Assembly (NCBI GenBank): GCA_048939765.1
Contig: JBHLPF010000001.1
Location: 46,073-110,072 of the forward strand
Reading direction: 5' to 3'
Source: Promethearchaeota archaeon
Lineage (GTDB): Archaea; Asgardarchaeota; Thorarchaeia; Thorarchaeales; Thorarchaeaceae
Length of the DNA: 64,000 nucleotides
Shown here one piece after another: positions 28,462 through 37,749 of this stretch. Position 1 is the first letter of the stretch. Each line of letters starts with the position of its first letter. The translations under genes were made by a program, and so were the position numbers. The notes under the pieces were generated by a model. The model saw nothing but the letters and a program-made list of their open reading frames with translations. It made no database searches and was not told the DNA's origin.

Positions 28462-28569
28462 GCTCCGGTAGATGATTCATGAAATCCATGATACAACCGT
28501 ATGTAGTCCGGCCCAGCATGAGGGACTCTCGATCCCTCGACCCGGGTTCGAATCCCGGCCGGAGCACCA
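28462..28569 (+). tRNA. tRNA-Glu (anticodon CUC) with a roughly 30-nt insertion near the D-arm 5' side (non-canonical intron position); CCA is encoded
   Basis: The 3' two-thirds is canonical: ...AGGGA-CTCTCGA-TCCCT-CGAC-CCGGG-TTCGAAT-CCCGG-CCGGAGC-A-CCA. The 5' acceptor GCTCCGG is at 28462. It is separated from the D-arm sequence (ATGTAGTCCGGCCCAGCAT) by GATGATTCATGAAATCCATGATACAACCGT. The exact splice boundaries are ambiguous. Confidence 0.6.
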
Positions 28570-28575
28570 ATTCTA

Positions 28576-30540
28576 CTATCTTCCTATTAGACGCCGCCGC
28601 CACAGAACTGGTATGCTAGCAAGCATGACTGATACACCAAGACTGATCAAAATGAAAGGAATTCCTACGCCTTGGGCAGCCATTGCTTCTGTGCTAGAAA
28701 TGATAAGGACATGGTAGCCAGTAGAAGATTGTGTGAACGCGGCTTCCTCTGTTTCATAATAGAGGTTATAGACGCCTGATTCCGTAGGAATGCGAAGAGC
28801 AATCTCAACGATACCCGAATCGTGACTCTTAGTAAGACTCCGTTGACCTAACCACTCATAGTGCAGATTCACATCTTCTAGAGGGGTGCCATTCAACGCT
28901 ATGATGGACAATTGAACTGTAATTTCTTGAAGAGATGGATAGACGGAGTAATTCACCATATTCACAGATACTGGAACGACTCTGCTGACAATGATTTCAT
29001 ATTCTAGGACTACGGGCAGTTCGTAGTTCAATGTGCTACCGTTATAGCCTATGACTAACAGATAGGGACCTTCTACTGAAGAAATGGGGAATTTCGCTTC
29101 GGTAACACCCTCACTATTGGTAGTAGAGGTGGTCACCAAGTGGTTTCCAATTTGCCAGGCAATTGATCGTTCTGGTATATAGATTCCACCGGCATTTAGC
29201 TGAATTTGGAATGTCACAACTTGAGAAGGGGATGCATAGCCCAGTATGCTTTGATAAATCATGATGATATTCGGCTGCGACCAGACTATCACTGGGATTA
29301 TTCTAGTCTTATTTATCAAGAATGAATGCGAAACTTCGAAGTGTAGATTTCTAGGCCCAAGGGGACCATGGAACGTAATGTGCGACATAGTTTTGATTTG
29401 TCCAAAGGAGAATGAAATCAAACGTGACTCGTTGGTGAGTTCATCGTACAATATTATAGTGGCATTGGGAATCGGTCTCATTAAGAGATCATAGAGTGTC
29501 ACTTGGACTTCACTTTCTACTCCTACTGAGATTGGATCTGGCAACTCAATGTAAATTGCTGCGGGGCTTATTACAGATATGTCAAATTCGATGTATGATG
29601 GTGCATAACGGAATGTCCCCGAATATTCTATCCTAATGCTGTGTATCCCAAGTATATACCGTGAATCAATATCCAGGCTGAACCTGGCAACACCATTCAT
29701 GTCGCTCACGATAGCATCTATTGGGTTTTCATCAAGAAACACAACAAGTGATGCGTCAGAGTGATTCTGACCCTCAGCTTGAATTGTCATCTGCACCCAG
29801 AATGAATCATTCAAATGAACGGTAGAGTTGTAGGAATCTTCTAGTTCAATAGATGTTGCTATTTGTTGAATGTTCACAGATATCAAACTCTGTGAACTGT
29901 TTAGAAATCGTGCCATATCCTGTTCGAAAACTATTCTCAACGTATTCTGTCCAGTTATGCACCATGTGCCATTGCAATCTATAATGAAAGTTGCATAGCC
30001 GCTGGCATTCGTTGGAGCAACTGCTAGGAGTGTGTCTTCACTATAAACAGCCATAGTGACCCCACTAATTGATGCATTATGGTCATCAGTGATTTTGGCA
30101 ATGAGAGCAGTTTCATCCTCTGGATGAATAGAGTTCTCGTCGACCTGAACCTCTATGACAGTCGCAGAAACCACAATGACAGAAGACCATTGGCAGGAAG
30201 AAGATAAGGAAAGCGAGGTGTTTCCCTCAAATGTTACGTTTAGCATGGATGGCCCTAAGGGATGATTAATCGAAACGTTCCAAGACACTGTTGCATAGCC
30301 ATTTGTGTCTGTCAAGGCAGACCCAATGAGGACGTCTTGGGTCTGATCGTAGAAGAAAAGACGCTGATTAGCAACCGGATTTCCGTAAGTGCCGTTTTGA
30401 AGGAGTCTTGCAGTAATAGGCAATGAATCTCCACGTACCACAACAGGGATTTCCTCTGCCGATGCTACATCTGCAGTCAAACTAGATACCAAGACCAGTG
30501 CCGCCGATATCATTACTATTCCTATGCAGACTCGCTTCAA
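28576..30540 (-). CDS. Cell-surface glycoprotein (N-terminal signal peptide, repeated beta-rich modules, C-terminal transmembrane anchor)
   Basis: 654 aa. Signal peptide MKRVCIGIVMISAALVLVSSLTADVASA and many N-x-S/T sequons. C-terminal TM helix GVGIPFILISLGVSVMLASIPVLW followed by RRRLIGR. Paralogous in architecture to 22650..24698. Confidence 0.7.
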   Translation of the reverse strand: MKRVCIGIVMISAALVLVSSLTADVASAEEIPVVVRGDSLPITARLLQNGTYGNPVANQRLFFYDQTQDVLIGSALTDTNGYATVSWNVSINHPLGPSMLNVTFEGNTSLSLSSSCQWSSVIVVSATVIEVQVDENSIHPEDETALIAKITDDHNASISGVTMAVYSEDTLLAVAPTNASGYATFIIDCNGTWCITGQNTLRIVFEQDMARFLNSSQSLISVNIQQIATSIELEDSYNSTVHLNDSFWVQMTIQAEGQNHSDASLVVFLDENPIDAIVSDMNGVARFSLDIDSRYILGIHSIRIEYSGTFRYAPSYIEFDISVISPAAIYIELPDPISVGVESEVQVTLYDLLMRPIPNATIILYDELTNESRLISFSFGQIKTMSHITFHGPLGPRNLHFEVSHSFLINKTRIIPVIVWSQPNIIMIYQSILGYASPSQVVTFQIQLNAGGIYIPERSIAWQIGNHLVTTSTTNSEGVTEAKFPISSVEGPYLLVIGYNGSTLNYELPVVLEYEIIVSRVVPVSVNMVNYSVYPSLQEITVQLSIIALNGTPLEDVNLHYEWLGQRSLTKSHDSGIVEIALRIPTESGVYNLYYETEEAAFTQSSTGYHVLIISSTEAMAAQGVGIPFILISLGVSVMLASIPVLWRRRLIGR

Positions 30541-30761
30541 ACATAGTCACTCCGTTTCTTGTGATAGTAGATTGCAACTATGCAAAAGACTCATGCATTG
30601 TGCGTTCTGAGTTCTCTCATGAGTCTGTATTCGAGTTTTTAATCTCCTATCGAACCATCAGATTCTGGGGGAGTTCATATGTAATTGTGAATCACCAAGG
30701 GTAGACTGTAAATTCGTAAGAGGCATTCACAGTGCTCTAGCTCCGGACGGGTGATAACACA

Positions 30762-33700
30762 GTGTCCAGCCATGAATTAAGCAAGGGAGACCGATTTAGA
30801 GTACCATCTAGGAAGGATCTTCCAGGGCTGTGGAAATGGATTGAGCTTGGATGGCTCACTAGCATTTCTATCTTGACTCTTTACTTCATAGTAGTCTACT
30901 TGCTCCCGTTACTGGGACTAATCACCCCAGTTTCAATCCCATCGAAACTGTTCATTGAAGTCATAATCTCCATAGGTCCGGTGTTGATGGGTGTGCTAGT
31001 GGCTCGCAGAAAGCTAGCCTTCGAGCAATCATTGACTGCAGTTTTGGATGATGATTTAGTGGCAATGAACATTGGAAACCATATTGTGGCAACATGCTGC
31101 CTTGATATCATGTCTGCACCCGGCTCAGTCCATATTTCTCGGAATGATCGACCGGAATACGCTACTGCTTTCCTTTTAGCACTTCGCGCAGGAATGAATG
31201 AGAAGGTCAGTATGGCATATGAGGTGGGTGTATGGAGAGGTGAGGCTTTTCTGCGGATTTTCATAACTGGAATAGGCAAGAGTAAGGAAGAGGTTGGGAA
31301 TATTCTTAGACATGAGGCGACTCGAGCAGAGGCTATTTTGATATCCTCCCTTAACAATGTGGAACTCCATCAGCTTAGAGGAGAAAGCCTCAGGGATGCG
31401 GTGTCAGGCATCCTATCTCTTGACTTGGAAGGTAACTCATCCAGAGAGCTGCATACCGTATTGTTGCTGATTAATGGAGAGCCGCGCGTCGCGCCCAGTC
31501 TGGAAAGCTCTCAGATTGGAACTTTCCTCTCTGTTTCACTTCGGCAAGGATACGATGTAAGTCTCACATGTGTCTTTTCGAAAGCTAAACCTGGTCGTGA
31601 ACAGAGAAAACTGGAAGGGCAATGGAAAACAATTCGGGAGAAAGAGAAACGGAACGAAGACTCCTTGGCAGACCATTCAGAGAAGAAGAAGCTGTTACGC
31701 GATTATGAGGAGATACAGGAGAATACTGGCTGGTTTGATTCCTCAGTTTCTCTTGCGGTAAGAACAGACGATTCTGAACATCTTTCAAGCATTCAGGAGG
31801 CGGTGTGCGGTGTTGTTCACTCCATATGGGGAGGAGATGGCAAAGTCAAGTTGAAACCTAAAGCTATAGGAAAGAATGTAGCTTACAGGCTTCTTCTTAG
31901 AAGACATATTACATCGCAAAGGACTCACGTGAGTAGATTGGCTGCTTTCTTGAATACACCGGTCCAGCAGTTGCCTGTCATTGCTGCATCCCCTGTGCCC
32001 GCCTTCACAATTCCATCAAGAAAGTTGGTGAACAACGAGTTCGTCATTGGAAAGGCTGTTTTTGGCGGACGGCGAATAAATGATGTCGGTTTGAAACCCG
32101 AATGGCTCCGGGAGCATGTAGCTGTACTTGGAGCAACAGGCACAGGAAAGACTACTCTTGTGAAACACCTTATTGCCGAACTAAGTAAGAAGTCGAGTGT
32201 TCCATGGTGGATCTTTGATGTGAAAGGATCTGAGTACCAAGAATTGGTGAACCTTTGTGACGATGATATCCTGGTATTGAAACCTGGAGTAGATCCATCG
32301 TTCGTAATTGATTTCATGGATCCAGAGACTGATTCTGGCGAGAGACATGCACACACTACGTTTGCAATATTGAAAGAACTCCTAAACGAGAGAGGTGTTT
32401 CTTCAGAACTCTCGCCTGCAATGGAAAAGCTTCTTCGTGAAGCGGTGTTAGAGGTTGCGCATGCATCAAGTAATGACAACTCGATTCAAGCATTGATTCG
32501 TGAGATATCAGATCTTGCAGGAAAGGATCGGACCGCTATCATGACGAGAGATGCACTCCTTAATCGTCTGGAGATTCTATCTAGAGAACCCCTCGGGACC
32601 ATTCTGAGTGGTGGTCGAAACGCAGTAAGGATCTCAAATCTTATGGATAAGAGGGTGATTCTTGATCTGCAGTATGTTGCTAGGACGGGTGGAATGGATG
32701 CGGCACGTTTGTTATACAATCTCATAGCTAAACGCATCTTTGACTATGCATTACACAGAGGGATAAAGCCAGGTCTTCATCATTTAGTAGTCCTCGAAGA
32801 AGCCAGCAATCTTGTACCTGAAAGCTATACGAGGCATACAGCTGCAGATGTCACCACAGGAGAGTCCATGGTTATGCTCCAGCGGGCAACAGGACAAGGT
32901 GTAGTTGTAATATCAACTCGACCGAATGTTTCTTCGAATATTCTGGCAAACACAGCCACGAAAATTGCCTTTCGACTTCCGTATGATAGTCCCATTGGTG
33001 CCAGATTCATGTCCCTTGATGATGAACAAGAACGGTATCTCAAGACACTGAAGCGTGGAAGAGCGCTGATTGTCTTGCCAGGGACAGAACCGTTCGAGAT
33101 AGCAACTCGACCATTTGAAATGGCCAGCATTCTTGAGAGACCGCCTTTGGAGCCAAGTATTCATGATGAAAGAGAGATTCCAGAGTCTAAAGATGCATCT
33201 ATAGAACATGATACAACAATTCAATCTGGAAGCTTTGACTCTTCTTCAAAGCCAATGGGAGCAGTGTATGACCGATTGGGAGAATTGGGGTCGCATATTG
33301 TTGCGTTTCTTGCCTCTCGGAATATGGCAACCCAAGCTGAAATGGAAGAGATTTTGACAGCAATCGATCCAAGAATGGAAAGTAGCGACATAAACGAGGT
33401 TATTCGTGACTTGGTTTCCTTGGGGACCATTGAGAGAGAAGCTTTACCAATTGTGCCAGGCGACTTCATTTTTACTTTGCCGGGAAGAGGACTTGATGCA
33501 GTAAGCATGATGATAACTGACTATATCATCGAGAAGCTTGGTTTGCATGATGTCACATGGGAACGAAATCTAGATGACAGGCCTGATATCGTTCTTGACG
33601 ACAGGGCGATATTGATACTTCCTCAACATCTCAAAGCATCATCAATGAAAACAACAGTGAACAAAATTCGGAATTATATGAATAATCTGGGTAATGATTT

Positions 33701-34538
33701 CATCGAATTGGTTGTTGTCGTCAGAGGGAGTGTTGCTGCAGCCAAGCTCAGAGAAACAATGAGTGAAACAAATGAGTTTGATGCAGTAAGCATAGTTTCA
33801 GCTTTTCCTAGTTCACTTGATGCAATGATTGAGAACCTAGCAATGGGAACCTCGACTAATGTAGGCTTGACAACTAGCGAGCATAAAACCCGGGCTGATG
33901 CTGGAGTGAATCTCATTGGCGCTATGCATGGTGTTGGAACAGCGACAAACCGTGCAATACAGATGCGACTGTGGTTTCAGTTGATACAAGATTTCGTGGA
34001 TTTGTCAAATGGTAGAACCGAATGGAATGTCTTGCTAGAGTTCATTGAAACAACTGCCCTTCAATCACTTAGGGGGAAAACCACTCCAATGAATATAGAA
34101 GAAGGAAAGCGTGCATTGACAGAGCTGCTAGCGGATGAAGTCCTGATGGCTTTGCGCGTTGGAAATGATCTTGATTTCATTGATTTGGAGGAGGGCCTTT
34201 GGATTGTGAACTCTGGTGAGCTAGGAAAACTCAAGGATTCAGCTGTAGATGCTCTTGAAAAGGAACTACGAAAACGGCAGAATTCGGTTTCCCGCGATCA
34301 TGGCTACTATGATCTCTGTACAAATGGTGTTTCTTACGTGGTCTTTCCGAATCAGCAACAGCTCAATACGCTGCTTCACCTTCAAAGTGATATTGCATGC
34401 AGGACTTGCAAGTCAAGACGAATTGTCTGTGTGCTGACTGCTGCTGAGTATCTTGAGGAAACAATGGTTATGCCGGACAACGTCCTACTCTATGACTTCT
34501 CGGAGTATGTTTCTGTAGCCAGTGCGGCAGGACAATAA
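30762..34538 (+). CDS. Large membrane-anchored P-loop ATPase of the HerA/FtsK/VirB4 superfamily (DUF87-like core) with an uncharacterised roughly 500-aa C-terminal region
   Basis: 1258 aa. Two N-terminal TM helices (residues about 30-80). Walker A VAVLGATGTGKTTLVKHL near residue 455 and Walker B HHLVVLEEASNLVP, as in HerA/VirB4-type hexameric ATPases. No recognisable domains in the first 430 or last 500 residues. Confidence 0.7.
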   Translation: MSSHELSKGDRFRVPSRKDLPGLWKWIELGWLTSISILTLYFIVVYLLPLLGLITPVSIPSKLFIEVIISIGPVLMGVLVARRKLAFEQSLTAVLDDDLVAMNIGNHIVATCCLDIMSAPGSVHISRNDRPEYATAFLLALRAGMNEKVSMAYEVGVWRGEAFLRIFITGIGKSKEEVGNILRHEATRAEAILISSLNNVELHQLRGESLRDAVSGILSLDLEGNSSRELHTVLLLINGEPRVAPSLESSQIGTFLSVSLRQGYDVSLTCVFSKAKPGREQRKLEGQWKTIREKEKRNEDSLADHSEKKKLLRDYEEIQENTGWFDSSVSLAVRTDDSEHLSSIQEAVCGVVHSIWGGDGKVKLKPKAIGKNVAYRLLLRRHITSQRTHVSRLAAFLNTPVQQLPVIAASPVPAFTIPSRKLVNNEFVIGKAVFGGRRINDVGLKPEWLREHVAVLGATGTGKTTLVKHLIAELSKKSSVPWWIFDVKGSEYQELVNLCDDDILVLKPGVDPSFVIDFMDPETDSGERHAHTTFAILKELLNERGVSSELSPAMEKLLREAVLEVAHASSNDNSIQALIREISDLAGKDRTAIMTRDALLNRLEILSREPLGTILSGGRNAVRISNLMDKRVILDLQYVARTGGMDAARLLYNLIAKRIFDYALHRGIKPGLHHLVVLEEASNLVPESYTRHTAADVTTGESMVMLQRATGQGVVVISTRPNVSSNILANTATKIAFRLPYDSPIGARFMSLDDEQERYLKTLKRGRALIVLPGTEPFEIATRPFEMASILERPPLEPSIHDEREIPESKDASIEHDTTIQSGSFDSSSKPMGAVYDRLGELGSHIVAFLASRNMATQAEMEEILTAIDPRMESSDINEVIRDLVSLGTIEREALPIVPGDFIFTLPGRGLDAVSMMITDYIIEKLGLHDVTWERNLDDRPDIVLDDRAILILPQHLKASSMKTTVNKIRNYMNNLGNDFIELVVVVRGSVAAAKLRETMSETNEFDAVSIVSAFPSSLDAMIENLAMGTSTNVGLTTSEHKTRADAGVNLIGAMHGVGTATNRAIQMRLWFQLIQDFVDLSNGRTEWNVLLEFIETTALQSLRGKTTPMNIEEGKRALTELLADEVLMALRVGNDLDFIDLEEGLWIVNSGELGKLKDSAVDALEKELRKRQNSVSRDHGYYDLCTNGVSYVVFPNQQQLNTLLHLQSDIACRTCKSRRIVCVLTAAEYLEETMVMPDNVLLYDFSEYVSVASAAGQ

Positions 34539-34547
34539 TCATGGAAA

Positions 34548-35351
34548 TTAGAGTCGTATCTTTGTGCATCGGGGTGTCTTTCCAGAAAGCAAAGCGGACA
34601 ATCGATTGGGCACTCCAAGATTGAATATTGCTATGTCTATTTCAAGACCAGCTAGTGTGAAGATATCGCCAAGTTTCTTTTCCATTCCACCCGTGACGTC
34701 GGTAGCTGAGGATGGACCGGCTCTGTCAAGAATCGTGTTTATGTTTGTTGCATCGACTACCTCTATATGAGCCGCCTTTGGATTGATCCGAGGATTTTCC
34801 TCAAGAACTCCATCCACGTCTGTTCCAATGTAGAGAGAAGTGGCTTTTAGATTCCTAGCAAGATAGACGGCAATTGTATCACCACTGAGAATAGAAGCAC
34901 CAAGAGATTCGTCGAAGCAGACATCTCCATGTGTGATGACAGTAAGGCCAGAATGAATTACCCTCTCAATGAATGATGTCTGAAAGCTGACGAGTTCTTT
35001 GTTATCTAGGCTGGCTATAAGAAAGGGTGATATTACAACTCCACGAATGCCTGCCTCATTCAGACTTTGTTCGACTGCAGTTGAAAGGACTGACATATTA
35101 TGACGTATTGATGGGATTCCCCGAAGTAATTGTTCTGATGAAGTTAGTGGATCACCAAAGCCATGTCTGTGAGCCGCTTGATGTCCATGTGCACCGCCAC
35201 CTAGAATAATAATCAGCGGCGCGATGGAGGTCTTTAATTCTTGAGCAATTCGGGATAGATTCTCCTGATTGACTGTGGGAGGAGACATACCCTTGTGAGT
35301 TATGACGGATCCTCCCAGCTTTACTATTGTAAGGCTATTCACATCTAACAC
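34548..35351 (-). CDS. ipk: Amino-acid-kinase-family enzyme, probably isopentenyl phosphate kinase
   Basis: 267 aa. VKLGGSVIT N-terminal motif and IILGGGAHGH glycine-rich loop, typical of IPK of the archaeal mevalonate pathway. FomA-type kinases are an alternative. Confidence 0.55.
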   Translation of the reverse strand: MLDVNSLTIVKLGGSVITHKGMSPPTVNQENLSRIAQELKTSIAPLIIILGGGAHGHQAAHRHGFGDPLTSSEQLLRGIPSIRHNMSVLSTAVEQSLNEAGIRGVVISPFLIASLDNKELVSFQTSFIERVIHSGLTVITHGDVCFDESLGASILSGDTIAVYLARNLKATSLYIGTDVDGVLEENPRINPKAAHIEVVDATNINTILDRAGPSSATDVTGGMEKKLGDIFTLAGLEIDIAIFNLGVPNRLSALLSGKTPRCTKIRL

Positions 35352-35496
35352 TTGTTTCGTTTGGTCGTTTTCATACTTATGGACATTGTTATCCAGATTG
35401 CAAGAACACGTGTTCTAGGTCACTACACAAGACAACCTTTTTATCCGAATAGAATTCCGTTGCGTCATCCACCTCGAAAACGAGGCTGAACCAATA

Positions 35497-35808
35497 ATGA
35501 CCCAGAAAGCACGGATTCGACTGTCAAGCACGAGTACAGAACACCTAGATGGTGTCTGTAATCAGATTAGACGTATAACTCGCAAGACAGGAGTCCGAAT
35601 GTCTGGTCCAATTCCATTACCTACACGAAGAATGGTCATTCCTACACGCAAGACCCCATGCGGACAAGGATCTGAGTCATGGGACAAGTGGGAGATGAGA
35701 ATTCACAAACGTTTGATTGACATCGACGCGGATGAACGTGCGATTCGTCAAATCATGCGAGTACGAATCCCTGACTCTGTCTATATTGAAATCGAACTCA
35801 CCGGTTAG
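35497..35808 (+). CDS. rps10: 30S ribosomal protein uS10
   Basis: 103 aa. Conserved uS10 core (KARIRLSS...GPIPLPT...IHKRLIDI). The gene is isolated and not next to tuf. Confidence 0.9.
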   Translation: MTQKARIRLSSTSTEHLDGVCNQIRRITRKTGVRMSGPIPLPTRRMVIPTRKTPCGQGSESWDKWEMRIHKRLIDIDADERAIRQIMRVRIPDSVYIEIELTG

Positions 35809-35888
35809 GACATTTGTGTCATCTACACAAACTCTTTTTGGTGGAGAGTTATTGTTGTGCATCCATAGTGAGTCTGAGGACCTTGTAG

Positions 35889-37712
35889 ATGTGTGGTATA
35901 ATCGGTGTCGTCCAGAAGCGTGGTCAAGTAGCTCCGTTTCTGCACCAAGCATTGAAACGCCTTGAATATCGCGGATACGATTCTGTGGGCGTAACAACGA
36001 TTTCAGGCGACAAGCTACACATGAAGAAGGACAAGGGTAAGATTGAGGAGGTCCATATGAAGCTCAATCTTGATGAGATGCCTGGTAGTATCGGAATTGG
36101 GCATACTCGTTGGGCGACTCATGGAATACCATCCATGTATAACTCTCATCCGCACTTCGATTGCAATAATCAGATTGCTGTTGTGCATAATGGAGTCATC
36201 GACAATTTCCTAGAGCTTAGAAAGGAACTTGCGTCGAAAGGACACAAATTCGGCTCTGAAACCGACACTGAAGTCATTCCTCATATGATTGAAGACTATG
36301 TCGCTGATGGCATGAATCTGACCGAGGCAATCACGGAGGTCACTAAGAGAATTGAGGGTACATATGCCATTGTTGCCATGATGATAAAAGAACCAGGCAA
36401 GATTGTTTGTACTCGTGATGGAAACCCTCTTGTATTAGGGAGAAAGGAGGGTGTCACCTACGTGTCATCTGATATTCCTGCATTCTTGCCGATGACTAAT
36501 GACATGATTTTACTCCTTGATGGAGAAGTCGCAACATTGACTACTGATAATGTTGAGATTAAGAAGCTCTCTGATGGAAGCATAGTAGAGAGAGAGTCTA
36601 TCGAAATCAGTTGGACTGCGGATCAGGCGCAGAAGGGTGGGTTTCCACACTTCATGTTGAAAGAAATACATGAGCAACCTGATGCAATCAGAAACACATT
36701 GAGACTAAGACCTGAAGTTCTGCAGCAGGCCGCCAAATTGATTCTTGATAGCAAGAATGTCTACATCCTAGCAATGGGTACATCTGGACATGCAGCGATA
36801 GCTGGAAAGCATATGTTCGCGTCTCTTGGTGGAGTAGTACCCAGATTCGAGCTTGCCAGTGATTTTCCTGATACGGTGTATAATGCATTGTCTGAGGATG
36901 ACTGCATAATCGCCATCACACAGTCAGGAGAAACGACGGACACCATCTTTGCTGTGAAATACGCGAGAACATTTGGAACGAAGGTGTTAGCTCTCACTAA
37001 TGTTGTCGGGAGTTCAATAACACGAATAGCAGACCACACAATCATCACTCAGGCTGGTCCAGAAATCGGAGTGGCCGCTACTAAGACCTTCATGGTTCAA
37101 CTTACGGCATTAGCCCAGATAGCTCTGGTTCTTGGGGAGATGACTGGGACTGTAGATAGCGAACTGTTGGAGAAGAAACGTGAGAGTCTGAGAAAACTTC
37201 CAGAGATTATTTCAGAGGTCATCTCAAGAAATGAAGAACAAGCTAGGCGCCTTGCAGGAATGTTCTATGACAGGCCGAGTCTTCTCTTTCTAGGACGGGG
37301 CATATCTCAAGCCACCGCTGAAGAGGGGGCTCTCAAACTCAAGGAGATAGCATATAATCATGCTGAAGCGTATTCAGCTGGACTGTCAAAACATGGACCT
37401 ATTGCGCTAGTCCATAGCGGATATCCCGTGGTTTTCATCGCGCCAAGAGATGAAACGAGAAACAGACTCATCGGGAATATCATGGAAATGAAAGCTCGGG
37501 GGGCGACAATCATTTCAGTTATCGAGAAGGGTGACGAGGAGCTGGAAAGCCTCTCTGACTACTTATTTACTGTACCCAGAGGAGTGGACTCCGAGTTTTC
37601 TGTAATGCCCTACATTGTACCACTTCAACTCTTCAGCTATTACATGGCTCGGAGAAAGGGCTATGATCCGGACAAGCCTCGGAACTTGGCAAAGTCTGTG
37701 ACTGTTCTTTGA
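35889..37712 (+). CDS. glmS: Glutamine--fructose-6-phosphate aminotransferase (isomerising)
   Basis: 607 aa. N-terminal MCGIIG (Ntn Cys1), glutaminase domain and two SIS domains. C-terminal ...KSVTVL. Confidence 0.93.
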   Translation: MCGIIGVVQKRGQVAPFLHQALKRLEYRGYDSVGVTTISGDKLHMKKDKGKIEEVHMKLNLDEMPGSIGIGHTRWATHGIPSMYNSHPHFDCNNQIAVVHNGVIDNFLELRKELASKGHKFGSETDTEVIPHMIEDYVADGMNLTEAITEVTKRIEGTYAIVAMMIKEPGKIVCTRDGNPLVLGRKEGVTYVSSDIPAFLPMTNDMILLLDGEVATLTTDNVEIKKLSDGSIVERESIEISWTADQAQKGGFPHFMLKEIHEQPDAIRNTLRLRPEVLQQAAKLILDSKNVYILAMGTSGHAAIAGKHMFASLGGVVPRFELASDFPDTVYNALSEDDCIIAITQSGETTDTIFAVKYARTFGTKVLALTNVVGSSITRIADHTIITQAGPEIGVAATKTFMVQLTALAQIALVLGEMTGTVDSELLEKKRESLRKLPEIISEVISRNEEQARRLAGMFYDRPSLLFLGRGISQATAEEGALKLKEIAYNHAEAYSAGLSKHGPIALVHSGYPVVFIAPRDETRNRLIGNIMEMKARGATIISVIEKGDEELESLSDYLFTVPRGVDSEFSVMPYIVPLQLFSYYMARRKGYDPDKPRNLAKSVTVL

Positions 37713-37749
37713 GGACTTTAAATCCACACTTCATTCGATTATCTAGTGT

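Noticed and set aside
28472-28717. 81-aa ORF downstream of the pilin-like gene
   Set aside because: It lies on top of tRNA-Glu, including its T-arm and CCA end.
31925-33508. Minus-strand ORFs of 83-184 aa within the 1258-aa ATPase gene
   Set aside because: They overlap the HerA-like Walker A and B region on the other strand. No independent support.
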